A DNA stretch of 33,534 nucleotides from Nitrospirota bacterium. Its GTDB lineage: Bacteria > Nitrospirota > Thermodesulfovibrionia > Thermodesulfovibrionales > JdFR-85. The stretch lies in assembly GCA_015485235.1 (NCBI GenBank), contig WFTX01000073.1:1-33534 (forward strand). Reading direction: 5' to 3'. The notes beneath the pieces are model-generated. The model worked only from the letters and a program-made list of their open reading frames with translations. It was not told the origin of the DNA and did not search any database. Positions 22,438 to 31,853 of this stretch are shown here, in pieces. A program made the translations under genes and the position numbers. How positions within the stretch are numbered: the stretch's first letter is position 1; each line of letters begins with the position of its first letter.

Positions 22438-25400
22438 ATGGCATCGAGTTCAGGAATGAAAAAGAGAAAGCAGATGATCCTTTTCGCAATCGGTATAATA
22501 CTCTGTTTTATACCTGGCCTTGCACTGGGGGCTGTAAACCCGCCTCATACTGCCGGCGCTAACTGTGACTCCTGTCATTTTACTTATTCCAGTACTCCGG
22601 CCTGGTGGACAAATCCGCCTGCAGACCTTGACGACACACCCAAGAACCGTCTCTGTCTGAACTGTCATGATGATGTAACTGCCCCCAAAAAGAAAACACA
22701 CTCCTCCCTTGCAACCGGGTCCACCAAATATGGTGACTGGACTAATGAGTGTGTTACATGCCATGACCCCCATATGCAGAGACAGATATATAATAATGAA
22801 TTTCCTCCCGCCCTGACAGGAACGATCACAGCAGTTGATGGTGCCACCAATACATTCACACTGAGTATAACTCTCCCTGACAGGACGGGGGATTCGGATC
22901 CTACCAATGATTATGCCGGGTGGACAATAGTTCCAAATACAAAGTACAAGATAGTAAACTACAAGATAGCCTCCAATACGGCAAACACGGTAACAGTAAC
23001 TACAGCCATTAATACCGCACGTGTCTCCGTTGGTTCCACCTTCGGAATTCTGTATGGCAAATATATCAAGGAACTTGTTTATACCCCTAACAGCGGTCCC
23101 AAATATGTGAAGTTTTACGAGACAGAGAACGGTCCTCACTCATATATTAATAATGATGGTCTTGCTGGCGGTCAGGACAGCACCCCCGACGGAATATGTC
23201 AGGTCTGCCATACCCAGACTTCAAGGGCAAGGAACGATGGTACAGGATTCGGCGACGGTCATCCTACGGATACGTCGGCGAACTGCCAGGCCTGTCACGA
23301 CCATGCAACAGCTGGCTTTGCAGGCATAGGCGGTTGTACAAACTGTCACGGCTATCCGCCTGTAGACGATACGACGCTTGTATTTAAAGACAAAAATGGT
23401 ATAAGTGTTACCTCAAGTTCGACAGGAGGTAACCCCGGCGCAGGTGCTCACAGTGCTCATATCTCAGCGGGGCTTGACTGTGTAAACTGTCATACCGGCG
23501 GTATGCTTGGAGGGGCATCCCAGGGTAACAATAATATTGATATAGGTTTTTTCCTTGGTTCGAACCTCGGTGGTACATATGACGGCCAGCCGAACCCGCC
23601 TAAATCAGTCTTTCCCCTTAATGCAGGCGGGACCACGACAATCACAACAGGCGGCTCATACGGGTGCTCCAGCGTTTACTGTCACAGCAATGTTCAGGGG
23701 CAGACGGACGGAACCGGAGGCCCTACGGTTTACGGAAACCCAGTCTGGAACAACGCTGCCTCAGTACAGTGCGGTTCCTGTCACAATGCGGACGGTGTTC
23801 AGGGTGACGCATCGCTGATGAGCAGCGGCTCTCATACCACGCATGTGGGGGCACCGCTGAGCAAACAGTGCAACGAATGCCATAATGGTGCCGGATCGGG
23901 GACGACGGTTCATGTGAACAACAATATCAACCTGGCCTTTCAGGCTGACCCGTTCAGTGCTTCGGGTTCTTACAGCCAGTCACCGAATACCCCGGGCAAC
24001 GGTTACGGTTCCTGTTCCAGCGTTTACTGTCACAGTACGGTTCAGGCTGATGGTGGCTCCAATGCCCCGACCTATGCGAATCCCACATGGGGAGGCACGG
24101 TCGCGTGTGGCGACTGCCACAACGCAGACGGTGTGCAGGGTAATGCTACCATCATGAGCACCGGCAGTCATACAAAGCACGCTTCAACATACGGTTTTGC
24201 CTGTTCAACCTGCCATAATGGCGCGGGTTCCGGCACTGCGAAGCATGCCGATAAGAACATAGATATCATTATTGATACGTTATACGGGGCCTCGGCCTCA
24301 TATTCCCAGATGCCTTCCAATGCGCCGGGCAACGGTTATGGTGCATGTTCAACCGTTTATTGCCACAGTAACGGAAAGGTGAACGATACAGGTTCAGCAG
24401 TCGGTCAGTATGCCTCCCCCAACTGGGGAACCGACAACGGTACGCTTACCTGCACGTCATGTCACGGAACAGGCGGTACAAGCCAGGTGGGTGAGCCTGA
24501 CTATGCCAATGCAGGCGCCGGGGCAGTGGATGCCAACAGCCACTCTCCGCACATAAGTTCCCTCGGGGCAAGCACTATATCATGTAACAAGTGCCACAGC
24601 CAGACGGTTGATGTCGCCGGTGCGATTGATATAGCAGGCGGCAAGCACGTCAACCTGACCAAGGATGTGGTCTTCTCTGATGGCGGTACCTACACTGCTT
24701 CAACCAAGACCTGTTCAACCACGTACTGTCATGGAACCGGTACCCCCCAGTGGGGAGGAACGGTTGCCTGCGGTGACTGTCATGCGGTAAACAATACACT
24801 TGCCTCCAAACATCCAACACACTATTCAACAGCAACGAACGCCACTGTAACAGACAGGACAACGGCTGCCAACAACTCAACCACAACCAGCTATGTATTC
24901 TCCTGTGCGGTCTGTCACAATGGTGCGAGCCATGCCGGAGGTGCAGTAGGCGGAGGCCAGACGGCAGAAATAACTTTTGACGGCACGGTTGCTGGTGGTG
25001 GAACATATACGGCAGGTGGCACGACAACCACCGATCCAAACGGGTTTGATTATACCAACGGTTCCTGCTCAACCACTTACTGTCACAGCAATGGTAACGG
25101 GGGTGCTCCTAATGTTACGCCCTCATGGGATTCTGCAGTCACTCTTGACTGTAAGAGCTGCCACAACTACACGGCAGCCTCGGGTACGCCGATGGCATCC
25201 GGCAGCCATACGGCTCACATAAACGACGGTACTGTAATGACAAACAAGTCTTGCGAGGACTGTCATAATGCCACGACCACGGATGGAACTACCATAGCCG
25301 ACAAGACAAAACATGTTAACCATACAAAAGACGTAGTGCTTTCCTCAACCTGGGGTGGTTCATACACTTCTGGTGCCTGTTCTACCTCATACTGTCACAG

Positions 25401-27570
25401 TAATGCTACTTCTTTAACCTCACCATACGGTGCACCTAATACAGATCTTGTCTGGGGTACAGGCACTGCTGACTGCTCAAGCTGCCATACAGGACCACCA
25501 ACAGGACCTGACTACACCAATGGAAGCCCAAAGGCAAACAGTCATTCCACCCATACTGTAACAAACAGCTTCAACTGCATAGAGTGTCACAACTCGACCG
25601 TTGACAACGCAAATAACATCGCAACACCTGCCAATCACCTGAACCAGACATACGATGTAAGCGGAGCAGAGATTGGCTCATACACATCTAATACAAAGAC
25701 CTGTAATACCGTTTACTGTCATGGCTCCACCCTCACGGCAGGGGCCGATACTTCTCCGACGTGGGGCACCACGGTTACCTGCGGCGACTGCCACGGTGCA
25801 TCAGCTACAACACCGCCGACGGCTGGTTCCCATGAGCGCCATGCCGGGAGCGGAACCTTCGGAACCGGGCAGCAGGGGCTTGGACTGGCCTGTACCGAGT
25901 GTCATGGCACAACTGCAGGTGGTACAGGGCACGTGAACAAAGATGTTTCCTGGGATCTCTCAGCGATAGATACTGCTGCAACATATCAGGGCCTGAACAG
26001 CGGCTCTACCGGTGCAAAGGCCCCGAGCGGAACCTATGGAAGCTGTAACAATGTTTACTGTCACAGTGACGTTCAGGCAGACGGTGGTAATGCTGGACCT
26101 CAGAACTATGCAACCCCCACATGGGGTGGCTCGGTCACCTGTGACTCCTGCCACGGCACGGCAGGTAACGGCGATGGTCAGCCTGCAACGGGAAGCCATA
26201 CTGCCCATGTGGCAAACAACTCCTTTGCATGCAGCACCTGCCATAATGGTGCAGGCGATGAAACAACACTTCATGCAAACCAGACCATAAACATATCCAT
26301 AGATACAGCTTACGATGCAGGCGCAGCAGCTTACTCTCAGGGCAGCCATACACCTGGAAGTGGCGGCTATGGTTCATGTTCCAGTATCACCTGTCATGGA
26401 AGCGGCACCCCGACCTGGGGTGGTACGGTAACCTGCCAGGACTGCCACCTTGGCACAGGTGATGTGGATGACTACACCTTCAGTAATTTCGGCAGCGGTA
26501 TGACTATGGCCCAGATTGACTCTACGGAGTGGACTTCCACAGGCCATGGCAGAACGACGGGAACATACAATGTCTCAGGAAACGCAGCCGCAGGGCTCTC
26601 CTGCGAGTACTGCCATGATGATACAGTAGCACATGGTACAAGCACCAACCCGTTCCGCCTTGCAAACTACAATGCCGGCGGTAACGGCTGGAACGATACC
26701 TGTTTTGCCTGTCACCAGACCGGCTCGACCGGGTATGATCCTGATGGTGCAGGCCCGCTTGCTCTGAAAAATTCCACACTCAAGATAGACAAGTATCATT
26801 ACGGTACAAAGCACGGCGCAACCAATGACGGCGGCTCCCTCTGCTTTGACTGTCATGATCCGCACGGTGACAGCAACATCTACATGATCCACGACAATGT
26901 GACCAAGGACAAGGCAGACACATACGGTACTCCTTCAACAACAGGAGCACCGGTCTTTACTGCAAACACCACGGGTACAGACTATGCCAAGTCATCTGCA
27001 CCGTTTAACGGTGTCTGTAATGTCTGCCATACAACGACAAACCACTACACCTCCTCAAGCGGTGACGGCCATAACAGCGGCACGAAGTGTACCACCTGTC
27101 ATACTCACAGCGGTGATACCACCGTTGACGGTAACGCCTTCTCACCGCAGGGTGGTGCCTGTAATGCCTGTCACGGCTACCCGCCGACCATTGGTGATGG
27201 CAAGGCCTACATGGATGGTGTCGGTGAGTCCAAGGGTGCCCATACCCAGCATGTGAACCACCTCCTGAACCTCACGGGTTACACCCTTGATCCGCAGAAC
27301 GACTCTTTCGGTGATGCCAAGTGGCAGGCGATATGTGGTACATGCCATTACGGTGCAACCCATGAAACGAATCTTGCAGGTCAGACTGACAACTCTTCTG
27401 CAAGACATATACAGGTTGATCCTCAGTACCAGTTCGATCCTGTGAATCTACCGACCTATAACGGAGTGCCTGGAACCAGCTCAACTGTGAACCTGAAGTC
27501 CTGCTCGAGTGTGAGATGTCACTTCAAAGACTCACCGGGCTGGCAGGATCCGGCAACGGCGGGACAATAA
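22438..27570 (+). CDS. giant secreted multihaem c-type cytochrome (~1710 aa; about 31 CXXCH + 10 CX4CH) built from CxxxxCH...CXXCH modules (TIGR01904-like)
   Basis: AAGGGGGTG precedes the ATG at 22438; GTG 22429 and ATG 22456 are alternative starts. The signal ends ...GIILCFIPGLALG|A. Modules recur: GYG(S/A)C(S/N)(S/T)(V/T)YCH...WGGTV(A/T)CGDCH...GSHTxH...CSTCHNGAG. CxxCHGYPP motifs lie at both ends. Composition is strongly G/T/S/N-rich. Motif counts are by hand. Confidence 0.93.
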   Translation: MASSSGMKKRKQMILFAIGIILCFIPGLALGAVNPPHTAGANCDSCHFTYSSTPAWWTNPPADLDDTPKNRLCLNCHDDVTAPKKKTHSSLATGSTKYGDWTNECVTCHDPHMQRQIYNNEFPPALTGTITAVDGATNTFTLSITLPDRTGDSDPTNDYAGWTIVPNTKYKIVNYKIASNTANTVTVTTAINTARVSVGSTFGILYGKYIKELVYTPNSGPKYVKFYETENGPHSYINNDGLAGGQDSTPDGICQVCHTQTSRARNDGTGFGDGHPTDTSANCQACHDHATAGFAGIGGCTNCHGYPPVDDTTLVFKDKNGISVTSSSTGGNPGAGAHSAHISAGLDCVNCHTGGMLGGASQGNNNIDIGFFLGSNLGGTYDGQPNPPKSVFPLNAGGTTTITTGGSYGCSSVYCHSNVQGQTDGTGGPTVYGNPVWNNAASVQCGSCHNADGVQGDASLMSSGSHTTHVGAPLSKQCNECHNGAGSGTTVHVNNNINLAFQADPFSASGSYSQSPNTPGNGYGSCSSVYCHSTVQADGGSNAPTYANPTWGGTVACGDCHNADGVQGNATIMSTGSHTKHASTYGFACSTCHNGAGSGTAKHADKNIDIIIDTLYGASASYSQMPSNAPGNGYGACSTVYCHSNGKVNDTGSAVGQYASPNWGTDNGTLTCTSCHGTGGTSQVGEPDYANAGAGAVDANSHSPHISSLGASTISCNKCHSQTVDVAGAIDIAGGKHVNLTKDVVFSDGGTYTASTKTCSTTYCHGTGTPQWGGTVACGDCHAVNNTLASKHPTHYSTATNATVTDRTTAANNSTTTSYVFSCAVCHNGASHAGGAVGGGQTAEITFDGTVAGGGTYTAGGTTTTDPNGFDYTNGSCSTTYCHSNGNGGAPNVTPSWDSAVTLDCKSCHNYTAASGTPMASGSHTAHINDGTVMTNKSCEDCHNATTTDGTTIADKTKHVNHTKDVVLSSTWGGSYTSGACSTSYCHSNATSLTSPYGAPNTDLVWGTGTADCSSCHTGPPTGPDYTNGSPKANSHSTHTVTNSFNCIECHNSTVDNANNIATPANHLNQTYDVSGAEIGSYTSNTKTCNTVYCHGSTLTAGADTSPTWGTTVTCGDCHGASATTPPTAGSHERHAGSGTFGTGQQGLGLACTECHGTTAGGTGHVNKDVSWDLSAIDTAATYQGLNSGSTGAKAPSGTYGSCNNVYCHSDVQADGGNAGPQNYATPTWGGSVTCDSCHGTAGNGDGQPATGSHTAHVANNSFACSTCHNGAGDETTLHANQTINISIDTAYDAGAAAYSQGSHTPGSGGYGSCSSITCHGSGTPTWGGTVTCQDCHLGTGDVDDYTFSNFGSGMTMAQIDSTEWTSTGHGRTTGTYNVSGNAAAGLSCEYCHDDTVAHGTSTNPFRLANYNAGGNGWNDTCFACHQTGSTGYDPDGAGPLALKNSTLKIDKYHYGTKHGATNDGGSLCFDCHDPHGDSNIYMIHDNVTKDKADTYGTPSTTGAPVFTANTTGTDYAKSSAPFNGVCNVCHTTTNHYTSSSGDGHNSGTKCTTCHTHSGDTTVDGNAFSPQGGACNACHGYPPTIGDGKAYMDGVGESKGAHTQHVNHLLNLTGYTLDPQNDSFGDAKWQAICGTCHYGATHETNLAGQTDNSSARHIQVDPQYQFDPVNLPTYNGVPGTSSTVNLKSCSSVRCHFKDSPGWQDPATAGQ
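23665..26400 (+). repeat. nine tandem ~110-120-aa CX4CH...CXXCH...CXXCH modules inside the giant cytochrome gene
   Basis: The CX4CH cysteines fall at codons 413, 529, 640 and 762, continuing to 1317. Modules 1 and 2 share long DNA identities, for example tccagcgtttactgtcacag at 23668 and 24016. Confidence 0.8.
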
Positions 27571-27584
27571 GGGGGGGGTGACTG

Positions 27585-30500
27585 ATGAGAGCTAAAATGG
27601 AGATGAACAGGACAGACGGAACGATGAGGACGGAGATCATGGACATAAACCAGAGGATGCAGGGCACTCTCCCTGCATCCTCCAACGAAATCAACGAAAT
27701 CAACCAAATGAACGAAATCAACGAGATCAACGAGATGAACCAAATAAACCAAATCAACGAAAGTGAGGTGAGGACGGTCATGGGAGGAATCTTCGGTAGG
27801 AGGAATCATAAAACTAAGAACGTCGAACTCAGAACGTGGAACGTTGAACGTTTTTCCTTTGTTATTCTCCTGGCTGTCCTGGCCATGGTGATGATGTTTG
27901 GAGGAGCAATACCGCCTGCATCTGCGTATAATGCCGGTGATGTGATCTATGTAAATGCCACAGTGAGCAACTATTGTCCAAATGGTTCGCAATTTGACCT
28001 GATAGTGACCTTGACAGACTTCTATGGAAATCCTGTCACCGGACTTTCCAGTGATAACAAAAACTATGGATTAATTCTAAAGAATATTAAAGATAGTGCC
28101 AAGGCGAATGTAAGTTACACAGGTTTTATTGTTAATACGCAGAATACAAACGCCTGGACTGAGATTGGTAATGGCCAGTATAAGCAGACAGGGACTATCA
28201 CAAGCGGTACAGATCCTGTATATTTTGATCTTGAATACCGAGACCCTAATAATACTAACTACAAGATGAAAGCAGCAGTTATGATAAATCGTCAGGGGGC
28301 GTGTTCAGGTACAAATCCCGGCATTCTCGACTCTGCGCCTGATTATACCTATTACCCCATCCCGACTGGTACAGTGGTTATTAAAGCCCGACTGAAAAAC
28401 CAGGACGGTACAGCCCATGCAGGTGCAAACTGCCCAACGGGTTATGATGATGCAAACAAATGGGGCGGTGGTACTGCTGATACCTTATATATTAACAACC
28501 TGAAAGATGTGAATAATAACAATGCTACCTCATGGTCAGTTACAGGCTGTACAGATAATGGGGATGGTACATATGATATCACATTAAATTACGATGTTAC
28601 CGGGACAAATGATCCGGAAATATGGTTGCCCGAACTGAGGTACGATTGGGATAGTGCTGCTAATATAAAAATGACCACAGTGGCCGCCTTCGAGGTTAAC
28701 TCAACTCAGGCACCTACCAATCCAACGGGTACACCTCCGGCAAATCCAGGATGCCCTGAATGTACAGCGCCTGCTGATACCACACCTCCCACCGAAGGCA
28801 CACTGTCCATCAGTCCCGATGATGGCACATACACAGGCCCTGATTTTACCATCACAGAAGACTTTACAGACAATGAGTCAGCCGTTACCTCCTGTGAATA
28901 CACCATTGATGGTGGAACAAACTGGGCTGCCGGAACGGTAAGCGGCACGGGGCCCTATACCTGTACAGCCAATGTGACAGGTGCAACAGGGACCGTGACA
29001 GTACAGATGAGAGCAACCTCTGCTGGAGGTACAAGTACTCCAACAAATACAATAACAAGAACTGTGGACAGCACTCCTCCGACAGACGGCACTCTTACGG
29101 CCGTTCCTGGCAATACACAGATAAGCCTGTCTTGGACTGCTGCTTCTGATACCGAGAGCGGGCTTGATGCAACTAATCCTTATAAACTTGTAAGGGCAAT
29201 TGGAGCAACTCCCCCGGCTGACTGTACTGGTGCAGCCCTGTACCAGGGCACTGCACTGACTTTCACAGATACAGGGCTGACTAATGGGCAGCAGTACTCT
29301 TACAGGGTCTGTGCATACGATGCCATGGGTAATGTGTCAGCGGGCGCCACTGCTTCAGCAACGCCTCAGGCATGCCAGGCTACTGCACCGACAGACCTTG
29401 CGGCAACCAATGTCACTTCAAGCAAGGTTGACCTTACATGGACTTACGATGGAACCAACAACGATTACTACAGTGTATATCGTGATGGAGTTCAGATAGC
29501 AACGAATATAACAACGGGCAGTTACTCAGATACGACTGTCTCCCCTAATACTACTTACAACTACACTGTCCGTGGTTACAACAACGCAGGTACATGTGAG
29601 AGTGGCGACTCGAACGTGGTGAACGTCACCACGCCAGCAGGCCCCACATATACTGTCACTTCCTGCTCCGACTGTCATGACTATCCGCCGACAGATGCGA
29701 CGGGAGGGAGGAATACCCCCGTTGGAGCGGTTATAGGTTCCCATGACATTCATGTAAACCAGAACGGGCTGGCCTGTACAACGTGCCATATCGACAATGG
29801 GACGAACCTTGCTCACAGGAATAACCAGATAGACATCAATGCAAGTATCCAGGGTGGCAGTTATTCCACCACTGATCCGGACTTTCCATCCCAGGATATT
29901 GAGGACGGTACAGGACTCGGCAGTTGTGTCACCACGAACTGTCATGGCTCTTCATCCCCTGTCTGGGGGAATAATACTGCGACACCGACCTGCTACAAGT
30001 GCCACGGTACCCAGGCAAACGGCAATAACGCCCCGCCTGTCGACACGAACGGCGATACAGCAGCAACAGACCCTCAGGTCGGCGCTCACCAGGCACACCT
30101 CCAGGCTACGGACAACTATTCAAGCCCGATAGCCTGTAACGAGTGCCATACGGTACCAACCAATGTGTTTGATACTGGACATATTGACTCTGCCCTACCT
30201 GCTGAACTCACCTTCGGAACCCTTGCAACCACGAATGGTGCGACTCCGTCCTATACTGGCGGGACATGCTCAAACACCTACTGTCATGATGAAGCCAACT
30301 TCAAGAATGCCTGGGGTACTGGTACGCCTCCGACATGGAACGACACGACTTATATACAGGGTACATCGGCCGACTGTTCCCAGTGCCACGGCTACCCGCC
30401 CGGCGGCGGCCATCCTGCTAATGCTACCAACTGTACATCCTGTCACAGTCATGTGAATTCTACAAATGATGGATTCACTGATCCCACCCTGCATGTAAAT

Positions 30501-31835
30501 GGCCTTGTAGAGGGTGGTGGAGACTGCCTCGGATGCCATCTTGACTCGCAACAGGGGACTTCAAGGCGTGCTGTGAGAGGAGATTTCCTGAAGACCTCAC
30601 ACCATGTTGCCACCGGTGCCCCGACAGATGTTCTGACCTGTGAGGCATGTCACGGGGATCTTCTTACTGATCAGGGACATCCCGGGACTGCTACAACAGA
30701 CCCGATTACTCAGGTAGAGGATGCTGATACGGCCGGTACCTATTACAGTATTGATCCTTCTACTGCAGATGCCAATCTTGCCACTTTCTGTCTGAGCTGC
30801 CACGATGCAGACGGTGCTGCCAGGCTCGGGGCCAATGCAACCCAGCCCTTTGCTGACTCAGGTGATACCACTACGCCTCCGAACATCAACCTTGCCTGGA
30901 CAAATACAGTAAATCACAGTGCAAATGCTACCTGTAACGACTGCCACGGTGACAACAACGCTGCAGGCACATCCCTTGATCCGACTTATAATCTCCATGG
31001 GAGCTCAAATGCGAAGCTCCTGAGAGAGGCCACTGAATACGACACCTGTGTAACCAGCGGTTGTCACGGCTCAGGCGGTTCGGCTACTACTGACATGACC
31101 GTTGAACTTTCGGGAATATATGGTAAACATCCTATCGGTTCTGCAGTGACCCCGAAATCCGGGTTCCTTTCGCAGGACACTGCCGGTGACCTCTTTGTAA
31201 ACGGCTGGATGTACAATTCCGTAGCCCAGTGTTCCGACTGTCACGGTATGAACCAGGCTGGATCAAATAACGTGGGACCGAGAGGACCTCATGGTTCTGC
31301 CTATACTTACATGCTCAGAGGCGTGGATACATCGATCAATACTGTAACCTCCGGAAGGACCTATGGAACTGTCCAGAACAGCTCGATGACTGGAACATAT
31401 ACCCGGGAAAACTTCTGTGTAAACTGCCATGCCTCCGACATTTACGGTGATGGTAATGACGGTATCCCTTCGCAGGCTAATACAGTACAGCAATCAATTA
31501 ACGCCAATAAGAACTTCATTCACTACAGCACGTTCCGGACTGGCCGTTGTGGTACTCCTGCAGGCGGAGCGGCAGGAGCAGGTAATAAAAGTAATGTCGG
31601 CTGCAGGAACTGTCATGCTGGACTTGGCACAGATAAGAACTACGGAGCACACAGCTCCAACACGAACGGGCTTGAATTTACCGGCAATGTCGGCGGAAAG
31701 TGGTATGGCTGGGGAACCGGCTTCATGAACGGTGATTCCTGGTCAAGTGCACCAAATGCAGCCTCAAGCGGTAAATGCTATGCAAATGTAGGTACTACCA
31801 CATGGAATACCTGTAACAAGGGTATACACAATTAA
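27585..31835 (+). CDS. giant secreted chimeric protein: Ig-like / fibronectin-III-like N-terminal half plus C-terminal multihaem cytochrome (13 CXXCH + 3 CX4CH)
   Basis: The ORF is open from the ATG at 27585, but codons 1-65 cover a hairpin and a 9-nt simple repeat. The ATG at 27780 has GAGGTGAGG upstream and gives the signal ...FSFVILLAVLAMVMMFGGAIPPASA|Y, so it is the more likely start. Two FN3-like units lie at about 29070-29640 (ISLSWTAASDTESGL...YSYRVCAYDAMGN; VDLTWTYDG...YNYTVRGYNNAG). The haem region runs from 29664 and includes CSDCHDYPP, CSNTYCH and CSQCHGYPP. Confidence 0.9.
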   Translation: MRAKMEMNRTDGTMRTEIMDINQRMQGTLPASSNEINEINQMNEINEINEMNQINQINESEVRTVMGGIFGRRNHKTKNVELRTWNVERFSFVILLAVLAMVMMFGGAIPPASAYNAGDVIYVNATVSNYCPNGSQFDLIVTLTDFYGNPVTGLSSDNKNYGLILKNIKDSAKANVSYTGFIVNTQNTNAWTEIGNGQYKQTGTITSGTDPVYFDLEYRDPNNTNYKMKAAVMINRQGACSGTNPGILDSAPDYTYYPIPTGTVVIKARLKNQDGTAHAGANCPTGYDDANKWGGGTADTLYINNLKDVNNNNATSWSVTGCTDNGDGTYDITLNYDVTGTNDPEIWLPELRYDWDSAANIKMTTVAAFEVNSTQAPTNPTGTPPANPGCPECTAPADTTPPTEGTLSISPDDGTYTGPDFTITEDFTDNESAVTSCEYTIDGGTNWAAGTVSGTGPYTCTANVTGATGTVTVQMRATSAGGTSTPTNTITRTVDSTPPTDGTLTAVPGNTQISLSWTAASDTESGLDATNPYKLVRAIGATPPADCTGAALYQGTALTFTDTGLTNGQQYSYRVCAYDAMGNVSAGATASATPQACQATAPTDLAATNVTSSKVDLTWTYDGTNNDYYSVYRDGVQIATNITTGSYSDTTVSPNTTYNYTVRGYNNAGTCESGDSNVVNVTTPAGPTYTVTSCSDCHDYPPTDATGGRNTPVGAVIGSHDIHVNQNGLACTTCHIDNGTNLAHRNNQIDINASIQGGSYSTTDPDFPSQDIEDGTGLGSCVTTNCHGSSSPVWGNNTATPTCYKCHGTQANGNNAPPVDTNGDTAATDPQVGAHQAHLQATDNYSSPIACNECHTVPTNVFDTGHIDSALPAELTFGTLATTNGATPSYTGGTCSNTYCHDEANFKNAWGTGTPPTWNDTTYIQGTSADCSQCHGYPPGGGHPANATNCTSCHSHVNSTNDGFTDPTLHVNGLVEGGGDCLGCHLDSQQGTSRRAVRGDFLKTSHHVATGAPTDVLTCEACHGDLLTDQGHPGTATTDPITQVEDADTAGTYYSIDPSTADANLATFCLSCHDADGAARLGANATQPFADSGDTTTPPNINLAWTNTVNHSANATCNDCHGDNNAAGTSLDPTYNLHGSSNAKLLREATEYDTCVTSGCHGSGGSATTDMTVELSGIYGKHPIGSAVTPKSGFLSQDTAGDLFVNGWMYNSVAQCSDCHGMNQAGSNNVGPRGPHGSAYTYMLRGVDTSINTVTSGRTYGTVQNSSMTGTYTRENFCVNCHASDIYGDGNDGIPSQANTVQQSINANKNFIHYSTFRTGRCGTPAGGAAGAGNKSNVGCRNCHAGLGTDKNYGAHSSNTNGLEFTGNVGGKWYGWGTGFMNGDSWSSAPNAASSGKCYANVGTTTWNTCNKGIHN
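27653..27682 (+). other. perfect 12-bp hairpin (gaggatgcaggg / ccctgcatcctc, 6-nt loop) between the two giant cytochrome genes
   Basis: Hand-checked complementarity between 27653-27664 and 27671-27682. No T-tract follows, so it is not a classical terminator. It shares the CCCTGC core with the hairpin module at 3423-3445. Confidence 0.7.
27684..27760 (+). repeat. 9-nt periodic simple repeat (AACGAAATC)n, about 8.5 units
   Basis: The units read aacgaaatc aacgaaatc aaccaaatg aacgaaatc aacgagatc aacgagatg aaccaaata aaccaaatc aacga. If coding, this translates as NEINEINQMNEINEINEMNQINQINE. Confidence 0.85.
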
Positions 31836-31853
31836 TACACGTTCTGAATAAGC

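Noticed and set aside
22450-23139. Long antisense ORFs inside cytochrome and other genes (22450-23139, 24650-25072, 25960-26349, 27519-27992, 29526-29945, 7095-7736, 4889-5452, 16078-16542, all minus strand)
   Set aside because: These are shadow ORFs opposite strongly supported genes. They have no ribosome-binding site, low-complexity or Cys/Arg-rich composition, and no recognisable domains.
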